From positions 25,190 through 89,189 of the forward strand of contig JBDHHA010000002.1 of the NCBI GenBank assembly GCA_039589615.1: a stretch of DNA of 64,000 nt. Reading direction: 5' to 3'. Shown here piece after piece: positions 9,296 to 19,492 of the stretch. Each line of letters opens with the position of its first letter. Positions within the stretch are counted from its first letter, which is position 1. A program made the position numbers and the translations under genes. The DNA comes from Gemmatimonadota bacterium. GTDB lineage: Bacteria > Gemmatimonadota > Gemmatimonadetes > Gemmatimonadales > GWC2-71-9. The notes beneath the pieces were generated by a model. The model was given only the letters and a program-made list of their open reading frames with translations. It did no database searches and had not been told where the DNA came from.

Positions 9296-10297
9296 TCAGC
9301 GTTTCGAGGCCAACGGCGAGTACACGATACCGTCGGGGCCCGCTCCAGTCTCGATGTACCGGGTGACCGTCTTGGTCTCCAGGTCGATGACTGCCACACG
9401 ATCCTGCTGATTGAGAGACAGGTAGAGTGTCCGACCGTCCCCACCCATGGTGAGCCCCTGCGGACCGGCGCCTGGCATCTCCAGCATATCGAGCTCGCGT
9501 TTGGTTCCCCGGTCAAAGAAGCGGACGGTGTGCAACCGCAGGTCCGGGATGATGGCCAGGCCGTCGTCCGGGGTGATGAAGATGCGGTAAGGCCAGCTGA
9601 AGTCGGGAATCGTCTCCTCCACTACGCCAGTCTGCGTGTTCACCACGCTCACCGTTCCCCGTTGGTTACTTCCCACCCAAACCTCCCGACCGTCTTGCGT
9701 AACCGTGATGGCCTCGAGTTGTGGAGCCACATCGAGGATACGAGTTCGCCGGCCGTTCACCACATCCAACTCGGAGACCGTCCCCGCGCCGTTGCTGGTG
9801 TAGATCCATCTCCCGCCGCCGACGACGGCGAGCATGTGGGAGCCGCCCTGACCGGTGGAGATGGCGCCCGTAATCGCTCCGTCGGCAACACGTACGAACA
9901 CGACGTTCTGCGAAGCTTCTGAGGTCACGGCCACCAAGCTGTCACCCGGCAGGAATGCAATGCCGTGGGGTCTGGGATAGCGGGAGAGATCGACAGTTCG
10001 CACGACCGCGGGTTGTGCGACGTCGATGATGGTGAGGGAATTCCCGCTGGAATAGTCGGTGATCACGACCCACCGGCCCTCGCTGGAGATGGCGGCCTCG
10101 TGAGGCCCCCTCCCGGTCGGGAGTGTAGCAACCGTCTCGCCCGACATGATGTCGATGACGCTGGCGGTGTTGGCGCGCTTATTGACTACCACCAAGGTCC
10201 CGGCTTCGGGGCGGAGTTGGGCGGCAAGGGTACCGGCCAGGACATGGGTGGCGACTATGGCGCTTGTCCCCAGTCGGAATAGTGTACTGCGGATCAT
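9296..10297 (-). CDS. YncE/YVTN-type beta-propeller protein, secreted
   Basis: Signal peptide; repeated TG.GPH/PHGIA/GPDGI blades. Confidence 0.85.
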   Translation of the reverse strand: MIRSTLFRLGTSAIVATHVLAGTLAAQLRPEAGTLVVVNKRANTASVIDIMSGETVATLPTGRGPHEAAISSEGRWVVITDYSSGNSLTIIDVAQPAVVRTVDLSRYPRPHGIAFLPGDSLVAVTSEASQNVVFVRVADGAITGAISTGQGGSHMLAVVGGGRWIYTSNGAGTVSELDVVNGRRTRILDVAPQLEAITVTQDGREVWVGSNQRGTVSVVNTQTGVVEETIPDFSWPYRIFITPDDGLAIIPDLRLHTVRFFDRGTKRELDMLEMPGAGPQGLTMGGDGRTLYLSLNQQDRVAVIDLETKTVTRYIETGAGPDGIVYSPLASKR

Positions 10298-10393
10298 CGG
10301 TGACCTCGTTCAAGGGCTGCGGGTGTAGCTAATGACTACCCGCGAGTGCTTCGGAGGAGCCCTCGTCGGCTGTACGGGGTCGTGCTTGAGGCG

Positions 10394-11368
10394 CTACCGC
10401 TGGATCCTCGCGATGGCGATTCTCGTTGGGGACGCTCCCACCCGGACCGTCCGTACCACGGTGTGGAACCGTGTATCGATCACGGCAAGGCTGCTGTCGG
10501 GCATGCTAGTGGCGTAGACGAGGTTATCACCGGGTATCGGGGCCAACCCCCACGACTTGACCGTCACGGTTGTGAGCAGCTCGTTTCTCGCAAGGTCCAG
10601 CACCGCAATAGGGAAGTTGGCCAGCGGAACATACGCCATTCCCCCGTCGTGGACGGGGGCAATCTGCAGCGCATATGGGGTGCCGATGATACTGTCGACC
10701 ACGGTGTGACCTGCGGTCTCGATGACCGCGATCCAACCGTTCCGGTCATAACTCCCGACATAGAGGAGGCTGTTGTCGGGCGAAAACGCCAGGCCGAGCG
10801 GTTGCGCCATGACATCGCGGAGATCGATGTCACCAATGACGGTATGGGTGGTCGTTTCGATGACGGACAAACCGGAGGTGTGGGCCACGTAAGCCCGCGA
10901 CTCGTGCGGCATGAACTCGATGTGTTCGGGATGTCCTGCCACACCAACGGTTGCCGACACGGTATTGGTGGCCGTGGCGATCACCGCCACCGCCTCCCGA
11001 TCACCGCGGAGGGCTTGGTAGACGAAGTCACCAGTGGGGTCCGCCGCTATCCCAAGGCTTGCCGGTCCCGTGGCGATGGTGGCGACCACTGTGTGGCCCG
11101 CTGTCTCGATGACGCTCACATCTTCCGAGAGACGGTTGCCGACATAGACGAAGCGCCCGTCGGGTGTTGCGGTAATTGCGAGCGGCTGGGTGCCGACGGA
11201 GACGGTCGCGATGACAGAGTCGGTGTGGGCGTCGATCACCGATACGGTGTTCGACCCGAAGTTGGCCACGTAGGCGATCAGGCGCTCCGAGTCCGGCCCC
11301 GTCGCATCACCACATGCGACCAGCATCATACCGCCGATTACGGCGCGTAGAGATTGGCGGTAGATCAC
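10394..11368 (-). CDS. YncE/YVTN beta-propeller lipoprotein
   Basis: LVAC lipobox; AYVANFGSNTVSVID repeats. Confidence 0.85.
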   Translation of the reverse strand: MIYRQSLRAVIGGMMLVACGDATGPDSERLIAYVANFGSNTVSVIDAHTDSVIATVSVGTQPLAITATPDGRFVYVGNRLSEDVSVIETAGHTVVATIATGPASLGIAADPTGDFVYQALRGDREAVAVIATATNTVSATVGVAGHPEHIEFMPHESRAYVAHTSGLSVIETTTHTVIGDIDLRDVMAQPLGLAFSPDNSLLYVGSYDRNGWIAVIETAGHTVVDSIIGTPYALQIAPVHDGGMAYVPLANFPIAVLDLARNELLTTVTVKSWGLAPIPGDNLVYATSMPDSSLAVIDTRFHTVVRTVRVGASPTRIAIARIQR

Positions 11369-12420
11369 TGCGCACCCCCGCAGTCGTCGGATGACGTGAG
11401 CCAGGCCAGTGCCGCATCCACGACGGCGTCTCCTGACGCAGGGTCGTCGGCAACCTCGCCGTCGACGAACTGGTCGGGCTCGATCACTCCGCCATAGATG
11501 TGTCGGGTGCGGTCAGCCAACGTCGAGACGGTGAGGATGAGCTCGGCGCCGTCGCTCAAGGTAAAGAGAGAATTGGCGGTAGAGACTCCGTACGTCCCCT
11601 GTCCAAAGCTCCGTGTCTTGGGCCGCTCTCGAAAGGCCACAACCACCGCCTCGCCCGAGCTTGCGGTTATAGGGCCGGTAAGAACGGCAACGGTGGGTTC
11701 CGGGGTGTTGAGCTCGTAAGCAGTCCCGCTCACGCTGACCCGTGTATTCGGAACCACACCCGCTCCACCGTTGTCGTAGAACCAGTGGGTCCATATGCTG
11801 TCCGGGTCCACGAAGGCTCCAACTTGCCCTTCTCCCAAAATTGGTCCGATGCCGGCCACCATGGGCCACATGTTGCCACCGGTGTTGAGGCGGACGTCGA
11901 CGATCCACCCGCAGATGGCCGGAGAATCGAGCTGCCGTATCGTCCCCTGGATTGTGTCGGCATGCTGGACCGATTCGGATCCGGAGAATCCGTAGAGTCG
12001 CACGTAGCCGATCCGCCCCTCGAGGAGCTGTCCATCTGGATTGGGCGGGGTGCCGGACGGTGGCGCGGGCGGTGCGGCCTGGCCGGCGCCGGATGGCTCG
12101 CGAAAAGAACTGTGGTTGTCGCCGAGCTGATATACGGCAAAGCGGATGGCGTCGTAGGTGTCACCGGGGGTCTGCGCCCCCACGGCGAAGAGAAACGCGC
12201 GCTCGCGAAACGGCCCCCACTCTATCGTGTACCGGTTGATGGAGTGCTCTTCCATCACGTCGAGTGCGCGATCGAGATAGGCGGCCGCCGCCTCGGAGAT
12301 CGGAGGGGGTCCAAGGGGGTCACCGCATCCGGAGAGGGCCATCGCACAGCAGAGGGCCGCGGTCTGTGAGACCTTCCGAGTGGCGGTCCCACTGCTCTGT
12401 TGGATCACGTGAATCACCAT
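11365..12420 (-). CDS. S41 family peptidase, lipoprotein
   Basis: LSGC lipobox; IVDVRLNTGGN, TASSGE, GQGTYG, IEPD motifs; start approximate. Confidence 0.88.
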   Translation of the reverse strand: MVIHVIQQSSGTATRKVSQTAALCCAMALSGCGDPLGPPPISEAAAAYLDRALDVMEEHSINRYTIEWGPFRERAFLFAVGAQTPGDTYDAIRFAVYQLGDNHSSFREPSGAGQAAPPAPPSGTPPNPDGQLLEGRIGYVRLYGFSGSESVQHADTIQGTIRQLDSPAICGWIVDVRLNTGGNMWPMVAGIGPILGEGQVGAFVDPDSIWTHWFYDNGGAGVVPNTRVSVSGTAYELNTPEPTVAVLTGPITASSGEAVVVAFRERPKTRSFGQGTYGVSTANSLFTLSDGAELILTVSTLADRTRHIYGGVIEPDQFVDGEVADDPASGDAVVDAALAWLTSSDDCGGAQ

Positions 12421-12563
12421 CAGCCTTTCATGGACGTGCGGTTCCTACAAAGGCTGGGCGCTGTGTGACCTTTGCTACCGGGTCAGCGAAGTCCGGCCAT
12501 GCTTGCTAGCCGTTCCGCGGCCGAGGGGATAGGTTAGCACTCCCCACTGTTGTGAGTACCGCA

Positions 12564-13994
12564 ATGATCCCTTTGCGTTCCATTCGGCCGAAATTCAATC
12601 CCCTCACCTTGCTCCTCGTGGCAGCGCCCGTGCCAGGGGTGTACGCGCAAAGCCCTACGCCCGAGCAGCGCGAGTACGCCGCGGCCATCGGTGCACACCA
12701 CATCTGCTCGGGCGTCTTTGTCGTGGGGCGCGACTACCAGCGAACGCCGGACTCGGTGTTGGCGCAGGATCTGGCTCGTTTCCCTGCATTTCTCTGGCAA
12801 GCGGATTTTGAATATGATGTGGATTGGGACCGTACCGCTGTCACCGTGACGGGGGAGGGGATCCCGGCCCGTTCGGCCAGATACCACGACGACCAGGGGT
12901 GCACGATCCTCCCCCGCGGGGAATCGGACGTGTTCTTCACACCGGTGGACGTGTCGTCGATTCTGCGGGATCCCCTGACGCAGCCCTGGCCCATGGGCGA
13001 TCTGCATGCCACCGAACCGCTGCCTGGGGATCCCGGACGAGTGGCACTCGACGAGGCCCTGGACTGGGGCATGGCGCAGCCGGAGCAGAATACCCGAGCC
13101 ATCGTCGTCGTATATAAAGGAAGGATCGTGGGCGAGCGCTATGCACCAGGCTTCACCGAGGACACTCCCCAGATCAGCTGGTCCATGGGAAAGAGCATTA
13201 CGGCGGCGCTGGTGGGAGTCTTGGTGGAGCAGGGGCACTTCCACTGGAACGATCCCGCGCCCGTTCCCGAGTGGCGCGCGCCGGGTGACGACCGGGGAGC
13301 GATCACGATCGCTCACCTCCTCCGGATGAGCAGCGGGTTGGATTTCAAGAACTACGGCTTGAACGGACCCGAGTCCTATTCACCCGAGAACGAACACTTC
13401 CTCATTTACTTCGGCGCACCCCACGTTTTTCGGCACGCGGTGAACCAGCCTCCCGCCTTTGCACCAGACGAGGAGTGGCGGTACAAGAACAGCGATCCGC
13501 TGACATTGGGCAGCATCGTCCGTCAAACCGTAGAAGGCCGCGGTGAGAACTACCTCACGTTTCCCCAGCGCCATCTCTTCGACAAGATCGGCGCCCGCAA
13601 CTACGTGTTGGAGACCGATTCCTACGGCAACTTCATCATGACCGGGTATGACTTCGGGAGCGCCCGGGATTGGGCACGCTTCGGCCTGTTGCACCTGTGG
13701 GGTGGCGTGTTCGAGGGAGAGCGGATCTTGCCGGAAGGTTGGACCGAGTTCATCACCACACCGGCCCCCGCCCACCCGCGTCAGGGGTACGGTGGACTTT
13801 GGTGGTTGAATCGCGGCGGGGCGATGAGCCGGGCACCGGCAGACGCCTATTGGGCGGCCGGATACATGGGCCAACGCACGATGGTGATCCCGTCAAGGGA
13901 CATGGTGATCGTACGGTTGGGACCGAGCGCGCAGGGGTTCAATCGCTACTTCAACACCTTGGTGGGAGACGTGTTAGAGGCGGTCGGGAGGTAG
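12564..13994 (+). CDS. Serine hydrolase, beta-lactamase/AmpC-like family
   Basis: SMGK (SxxK), YKN, LLRMSSG, AAGYMGQ; signal peptide. Confidence 0.9.
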   Translation: MIPLRSIRPKFNPLTLLLVAAPVPGVYAQSPTPEQREYAAAIGAHHICSGVFVVGRDYQRTPDSVLAQDLARFPAFLWQADFEYDVDWDRTAVTVTGEGIPARSARYHDDQGCTILPRGESDVFFTPVDVSSILRDPLTQPWPMGDLHATEPLPGDPGRVALDEALDWGMAQPEQNTRAIVVVYKGRIVGERYAPGFTEDTPQISWSMGKSITAALVGVLVEQGHFHWNDPAPVPEWRAPGDDRGAITIAHLLRMSSGLDFKNYGLNGPESYSPENEHFLIYFGAPHVFRHAVNQPPAFAPDEEWRYKNSDPLTLGSIVRQTVEGRGENYLTFPQRHLFDKIGARNYVLETDSYGNFIMTGYDFGSARDWARFGLLHLWGGVFEGERILPEGWTEFITTPAPAHPRQGYGGLWWLNRGGAMSRAPADAYWAAGYMGQRTMVIPSRDMVIVRLGPSAQGFNRYFNTLVGDVLEAVGR

Positions 13995-14007
13995 ATCGTC
14001 GTAACCG

Positions 14008-14043
14008 AGGGGGCCCCTGCCCGGCCGATCGCGGGGGCCCCCT
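14008..14043. terminator. GC-rich hairpin between convergent genes
   Basis: AGGGGGCCCCTGC / GCGGGGGCCCCCT; no U tract. Confidence 0.5.
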
Positions 14044-14063
14044 GCTGTCTGGTTGTTGGGGTT

Positions 14064-16748
14064 TCACCGTTCCAGCTTCAGCGCCTCCACCGGAGGAATC
14101 TTGCTGGCGCGACTGGCGGGTAGGAGAATCGCCACCACGACCACACCCAGGAGGATTCCGGTGGCGGCCGTGAGCGTAGCGACGTCCCACGGCGTGACGT
14201 TGAAGAGCAACGAGGTGAGCACTCTGGATCCAACCAGAGTTCCGGCAATGCCCAATGCTACGCCGATCGCCGCCGGGCGGAGGCCTTGCACGAGCACCAT
14301 GCGCACGACGTTGCGGCCGTTGGCGCCTAGCGCCATGCGGATACCGATCTCCCGGGTGCGCCCCGACACGAGGTACGCGATCACCCCGTACAATCCAATG
14401 GCCGCCAACGCCACGGCTACTCCTGCGAAGATCATCAGCAGGAACAGATAGAATCGTGCAGGTCCGAATGAACGCTCCACCGCTGTCGTGAGCGTTTCCA
14501 CGTCGCGCATCGCAATGTTGGCGTCCACCTGGCGGACGGTAGCGCGAACAGCAGGGAGGGGATCGCTCAGGCTGGGATTCGATTGCACCACCACCGTGAG
14601 AAAGCCTGCTCCCGATTGGGCATAGGGCACGTAGACCTCCGGCTGGGGCTCTCTCCGGACGCTCGCAGAGCGGATGTCCTTTACGACCCCGACGATCGTG
14701 CGGGGTTCGTGTTCGGGATACCCGAGGCTGACATGCAGCTCCAACTGCTCGCCCACGGGGTTCTTGTCCGGATAGTACCGTGCCGCAAAGGATTCGCTCA
14801 CTAGCGCAACCGATGCTGTACCGTACCGGTCCGCCGGGCTGATGGCACGGCCGTTCAGCATGGGAATCCGCAGGGCATCGAAATAGCCGGAGGTGACATA
14901 GCGGACCCTTGCAACTTCTTCTCGACCCGACGGGGGCGGAGGTCTGTCGAGCATCTCGAAGGAACCGGCCACATTGTTGCCGCCCATGGGACTGCCCACC
15001 GCTCCCCCTACGGCTTCGACACCTGGAATTCCCCTGAGTTGCTCCTCGAGGGTGTCGAAGAACAGCACGGCGTCAGTCGGCGTCTCGTACCGAATGTCCG
15101 GCAAGGCGATCACGAACGTGAGCACTTGTTGGTGATCAAAGCCGAGCTCGACGGCGTTCAGCTCCGAGAAGGTGCGGAGCAGGAGGCCGGCGCCAAAGAG
15201 CAACATCAAGGACATTCCGACCTCGCCGACCAACAGCGCCGAGCGCGCCCAACTCTGGGGGCTGTTGCCCCCGCTCCCTCCACGACCGCCGTGGTTGAGC
15301 GCCTCGGCCACCGGGACGCGCGACAACCGAAAAGCCGGGGCCAAGCCAAAGAGAAAGGTCACCACCGTGACGGTGCCGAGGGCGAATAGGAGCACGGTCG
15401 TGTCGATGGTGATTTCGTCGGCGCGAGGAAGCGTCGACGGCGCGAGCCGCAGCAGGAAGCCGAGCCCCGCCCGCGCGAGTCCCAGTCCCACCACGCCCCC
15501 CAACACGGCCAGCACGGTGGCCTCGAGGAGCAACTGCCCGATCAACCGCCCGCGACTGGCGCCCAGGGCCGCCCGTACGGCCACCTCGCCGGTCCGTGTG
15601 GAAGCCCGCACGAGAAGCAGGTTCGCAACGTTGGCGCACGCGATCAACAGGACGATACCCACGGCACCGAGGAGCATGAGGAGACCCGCCCGTACGTCTC
15701 CGTACACCGTCTCGGTCAACGGCTCGAGACGGAAACCCGTTCCCGTGTACTCTCCGGGGTAAGCCTCGCGCAGGCGGGCGACGAGGGTGCTCAGCTCCGC
15801 CTCTGCCGCCTCGGGTGTTGCGTCGGGGTCGAGTCGAGCGATCACTCTCAGGAAATTGCAGCCCCGGCCGCATTCTTCCGTATTGACGTACAGTGGCAGC
15901 CAGAGCTGGGAACCGTTTGGAAAGTCGAATGCCGGCGGCGCCACGCCGACGATCTCGTAGGGTCGACCCGCCAACTCGATGGTGGCTCCGAGCACTTCGT
16001 CCCGTCCGCCGAAACGCTCCTGCCAGAACGCGTTGCCGATGAGCACGACGCGGGGCCCGCCGGACACGCTTTCTTCCGTGCGGATGTCTCGTCCGAGCAC
16101 CGGGGCCACGCCGAGGACGTCCAGGAGCCCGTCCGTGACCCGGGCGGCGGTGACCACCTCCGGATCTCCCGACCCCGTCACGGTAGTGGTCGATCGCTGA
16201 AACGCCGCTGCCCGGAGTGACTCCATGCTCGTTTGGATGTCCCGGGTGTCCGGCTGCGACATGACGCCGTGTGACACGCCACGCTCGAGGTCGGTCTGCC
16301 AGATCATCGCCAGCTGATGCGGTGCCGGGTAGGGCAGGGGCTTGAGCATGACGCCGTTCACCACGCTGAAGATGGCGGCGTTGGCGCCTACGCCCAGGCC
16401 CAGGGTCGCGACCGCAACGATCGTGAACGCCGGGGTGCGTCTGAGGTTGCGCAACGCGAACCGAATGTCCCGGAAGAGGCCGCCCAATGACAGGCGGTCC
16501 CGTTCACCGCGTCGGTACATCGCCGCGAACGGTGTCCGGTACGTCCGGATGCCGGGGCGAATGACACCCATCCATGCGGCGGGGATCGTGCGGGCGGCGT
16601 CTTTGGCCACCGACCACCAGAAACTCCCCGTCGTCTGGAGCGTCCACCGGTGCTGAAGGAGCGCCATCATTTCGGGACCGAAACGGCGTCGGAAACTCGG
16701 TGGGTAGAGCCACAGGAGGAATCGGAACACACGCATTGTGGTCGTCAT
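14064..16748 (-). CDS. ADOP-family duplicated permease with FRFLLWLYPPSFRRRF N-terminal domain
   Basis: RDIRFALRNL, NVANLLL, EVAVRAALGA, REIGIRMALGA; start ATG 16748 overlaps PadR stop (ATGA). Confidence 0.92.
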   Translation of the reverse strand: MTTTMRVFRFLLWLYPPSFRRRFGPEMMALLQHRWTLQTTGSFWWSVAKDAARTIPAAWMGVIRPGIRTYRTPFAAMYRRGERDRLSLGGLFRDIRFALRNLRRTPAFTIVAVATLGLGVGANAAIFSVVNGVMLKPLPYPAPHQLAMIWQTDLERGVSHGVMSQPDTRDIQTSMESLRAAAFQRSTTTVTGSGDPEVVTAARVTDGLLDVLGVAPVLGRDIRTEESVSGGPRVVLIGNAFWQERFGGRDEVLGATIELAGRPYEIVGVAPPAFDFPNGSQLWLPLYVNTEECGRGCNFLRVIARLDPDATPEAAEAELSTLVARLREAYPGEYTGTGFRLEPLTETVYGDVRAGLLMLLGAVGIVLLIACANVANLLLVRASTRTGEVAVRAALGASRGRLIGQLLLEATVLAVLGGVVGLGLARAGLGFLLRLAPSTLPRADEITIDTTVLLFALGTVTVVTFLFGLAPAFRLSRVPVAEALNHGGRGGSGGNSPQSWARSALLVGEVGMSLMLLFGAGLLLRTFSELNAVELGFDHQQVLTFVIALPDIRYETPTDAVLFFDTLEEQLRGIPGVEAVGGAVGSPMGGNNVAGSFEMLDRPPPPSGREEVARVRYVTSGYFDALRIPMLNGRAISPADRYGTASVALVSESFAARYYPDKNPVGEQLELHVSLGYPEHEPRTIVGVVKDIRSASVRREPQPEVYVPYAQSGAGFLTVVVQSNPSLSDPLPAVRATVRQVDANIAMRDVETLTTAVERSFGPARFYLFLLMIFAGVAVALAAIGLYGVIAYLVSGRTREIGIRMALGANGRNVVRMVLVQGLRPAAIGVALGIAGTLVGSRVLTSLLFNVTPWDVATLTAATGILLGVVVVAILLPASRASKIPPVEALKLER

Positions 16749-17107
16749 ACGGCGGGCCGTTCCGGGAGGACTGCTTTGTCGCGGACGGCGGCGAGGACAC
16801 GGTCCAGACGTCGGGCTTCTTCCTCGAGCAGCTTGCGACCGATCCGCGTGATGCGGTAGTAGCGTCGCCGCGGATCGTCGTGCTCCGGATCCGGGCGGTT
16901 GGCCGGCTCTTCGATGAGCCCGGATTCCAGCATCTTGCGGATGGCGTTGTATAGGGTGCCGGGTCCAATCTCGACAGCGCCTCCGGTGCGCCGCTCTACC
17001 TCCTCGGCGATCCCCAGGCCGTGGCGCTCCTCGTCGGCCAGGGCGAGGAGAATATGGAATACCGAACTGGTGAGGGGCTTGGCCCCGGTGGCTCCCTTGG
17101 GTGACAC
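16745..17107 (-). CDS. PadR family regulator
   Basis: FHILLAL, HGLGI, GPGTLY, RRRYYRIT; GTG start inferred. Confidence 0.9.
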   Translation of the reverse strand: MSPKGATGAKPLTSSVFHILLALADEERHGLGIAEEVERRTGGAVEIGPGTLYNAIRKMLESGLIEEPANRPDPEHDDPRRRYYRITRIGRKLLEEEARRLDRVLAAVRDKAVLPERPAV

Positions 17108-17125
17108 GGCGTTTCTCGCAGGTTG

Positions 17126-17161
17126 AATTATCGAAAGACAATATATTGTCTTTCGATAATT
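17126..17161. promoter_or_regulatory. Perfect 36-bp palindrome, putative PadR operator
   Basis: AATTATCGAAAGACAATA-TATTGTCTTTCGATAATT. Confidence 0.8.
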
Positions 17162-17242
17162 TTGCAACCCGGCCAGGCTGTGTCCGTAGGGTGGAGCGGG
17201 TGCCGGCAGCGGAACCCTGGCCAGGGGCTTGTGAAGAAAATA

Positions 17243-17254
17243 TTTCAGATGTAA
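17243..17254. promoter_or_regulatory. BlaI/CopY-type operator candidate
   Basis: TTTCAGATGTAA, one mismatch from TTACA-N2-TGTAA, upstream of BlaI-family gene. Confidence 0.5.
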
Positions 17255-17287
17255 ATTTTCTTTCAGCTCGAACCTGAAGGAAAACAC

Positions 17288-17686
17288 ATGGGCAAATCAC
17301 TGCACGCCGACCTGAGCCGCCGCGAGCGCGAGATCATGGACGCCGTCTACCAGCTCGGGGAGGCCGGCGTCGCCGAGATCGCGCGGAGGATGGGCGACGA
17401 GGCGGGCTATGACTCGGTGCGGGTCACCTTGGGGATTCTCGAGAAGAAGGGGCACGTGGCCCATCGGGATGAGGGGCGCCGGTACGTATATCGGCCCACC
17501 GTGCCGCACGCCCGGGCCACGAAAACCGCCTTGCGCGACGTGCTCAAGACGTTCTTTGGGGGATCGCCGTCGAAGGCCATTCTCACTTTGCTCGATATGT
17601 CGGCGGCCCGCCTGTCCCCCGACGAGTTGGATCAGATCGCTGCCTGGATAGAAAAAGAGAAAGCTTCTGAAGAGGATACAGCATGA
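17288..17686 (+). CDS. BlaI/MecI/CopY family repressor
   Basis: LSRREREIMD, LEKKG.V, GRRYVY, TFFGGS. Confidence 0.92.
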   Translation: MGKSLHADLSRREREIMDAVYQLGEAGVAEIARRMGDEAGYDSVRVTLGILEKKGHVAHRDEGRRYVYRPTVPHARATKTALRDVLKTFFGGSPSKAILTLLDMSAARLSPDELDQIAAWIEKEKASEEDTA

Positions 17687-19425
17687 TGTCCTGGAGCCCC
17701 CCGTTATCGATAGTATTGGAAATCGCTTCCGACGTGTTGGTCAAAGGGAGCGTCGTGTTGGCCGTTGCTGCAGGGGTAGCGTGGTTGTTGCAGAACAAAT
17801 CGGCGGCAATCCGCCATGTCGTCTGGAGCCTGGCGTTCGCCATGTTGCTCGCACTGCCTGTGTTTTCCGCCGTGCTCCCGTCTTGGCGGATCGGAGCGGT
17901 GCGGATGAGTTTCGCGTCGGCAGTTGCCCCCGTCGCCCCTGACGTCACGCCGGCTGTAATTCCGGGCACCCTCCACACGGCCATTGCCGAGCTGGGTCAG
18001 GGCGTGGCCAGTCCCCCGCAGCCTGGGGGCAACCTGTCTGTGTATGCCGCCGTCGTCATGGCGATATGGCTGGCGGGTATCGGACTGATTCTCGGGCGGC
18101 TGGCTGTCGACGCAATTCGGGTTTGGGGACTTACCCGGCGTTCTGCGAGGCTCACGTCACCGGCTCTCGCGGCCACCACGGCCCGCCTCGCGAGGCAACT
18201 CGGGATTCGACGTTTCGTGGACGTGTTGGTCAGTGACGAGGTGTCGATGCCCTCCTCTGTGGGTGCGTGGAGGCCGAAGGTGATAGTCCCCGGCGAAGCC
18301 ACGGGGTGGTCGGAGGAACGGACCCGCACGGTTCTCGTGCACGAGTTGGCGCATGTCGCGCGCTGGGATTACATCGTGCACTGGGGCGTGGAGGTTGTTC
18401 GGGCGGCCTATTGGCTCAACCCACTGGTGTGGGTGGGGGCCCGGCGCCTCGAAATGGAACGGGAGCGGGCGTGTGACGATCAGATTCTGCGACACGGTAT
18501 TGGATCGGCGGATTATGCCACAACGCTTCTGGAAATGGCACGTGCGCATTCGGTCCCCACGGCGGCGCTGGCGATGGCGCGGGAATCGGGCCTCGAGGAG
18601 CGCGTCCGCAGCGTCATGCGGAGCGACGTGGATCGGTCCACACCGACCCGTGGGTGGCTCTCCCTTCTCACGCTCTCCGCACTTGTCGTAGCCCTGCCCG
18701 TCGCGGCGGTCGAGTTCCTGCAGGTCGACGAGATCGAGCAGTCCGTCGACCAATTGATCGAGCGCCTCCGGGACGATGACCCAACCGTGAGGCGTCGGGC
18801 GGCCTGGGCACTGGGCGAGCGGGAAGACCACCGCGGCGTGAGTCCTCTGATCGAGCGGCTGCAGGATGCATCGGTTGATGTCCGCTTGATGGCCGCCTGG
18901 GCGCTCGGCGAGATCAAAGACCATGACGCCATTCGGCCCCTGATGGACGCCCTGGACGGTGACGACAACGTGCTCGTCCGGGAAATGTCGGCCCTGGCAT
19001 TGGGCGAGATCGAAGATCCCGCCGCCGTGAGCGCTTTGGCGGCGGCATTCCGGCGAACCGACGGACTCCGTGGTTCCGTCGTATGGGCTTTGGGGGAGAT
19101 CGAGGGAGAGGCGGCGGCGGCGGCACGGGCAAGCGCCTTTGAGGAGTGGCAACGGATTCCTTGGGAGAATGACGAGGTCTGGGTTGGGGACTGGAGCCCC
19201 GAGGGCACGGTTCCGTTCTCGATGGACGTCGCCGGGTTGACCCGCCGGTTGCAGGATTCGGATGCCGGCACGAGGCGCTTGGCGGCGTGGAATCTGGGAA
19301 TGCTTGGAAATGCCGAAGCGCTGGACCCGATGCTCGACGCGCTGCGAGACCCCGATCCGGCGGTACGGGCGATGGTGGTGTGGGCGTTGGACGAGATCAA
19401 TCCGTCTCGCGAAGCCAGGAGGTGA
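17683..19425 (+). CDS. BlaR1-like M56 metallopeptidase with C-terminal HEAT repeats
   Basis: TM helices, HELAH, WLNPLVW, ERERACD; repeated VRxxAAWALGEI units. Confidence 0.92.
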   Translation: MMSWSPPLSIVLEIASDVLVKGSVVLAVAAGVAWLLQNKSAAIRHVVWSLAFAMLLALPVFSAVLPSWRIGAVRMSFASAVAPVAPDVTPAVIPGTLHTAIAELGQGVASPPQPGGNLSVYAAVVMAIWLAGIGLILGRLAVDAIRVWGLTRRSARLTSPALAATTARLARQLGIRRFVDVLVSDEVSMPSSVGAWRPKVIVPGEATGWSEERTRTVLVHELAHVARWDYIVHWGVEVVRAAYWLNPLVWVGARRLEMERERACDDQILRHGIGSADYATTLLEMARAHSVPTAALAMARESGLEERVRSVMRSDVDRSTPTRGWLSLLTLSALVVALPVAAVEFLQVDEIEQSVDQLIERLRDDDPTVRRRAAWALGEREDHRGVSPLIERLQDASVDVRLMAAWALGEIKDHDAIRPLMDALDGDDNVLVREMSALALGEIEDPAAVSALAAAFRRTDGLRGSVVWALGEIEGEAAAAARASAFEEWQRIPWENDEVWVGDWSPEGTVPFSMDVAGLTRRLQDSDAGTRRLAAWNLGMLGNAEALDPMLDALRDPDPAVRAMVVWALDEINPSREARR

Positions 19426-19492
19426 GCTGCTTGACCAAGAGGCGTGCTCAGGTCACCACGTTCGTTCCAACTCAGTGCACCGGAGTTTTCTC

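Noticed and set aside
12534-12562. CIRCE-like TTAGCACTC half-site
   Set aside because: Spacer is 11 rather than 9 nt, right arm degenerate (GAGTACCGC), and neighbours are not chaperone genes
16749-17300. N-terminal extensions of the 1078-aa and 180-aa track ORFs
   Set aside because: They run through the PadR gene and operator; true starts are better placed at 16748 and 17107
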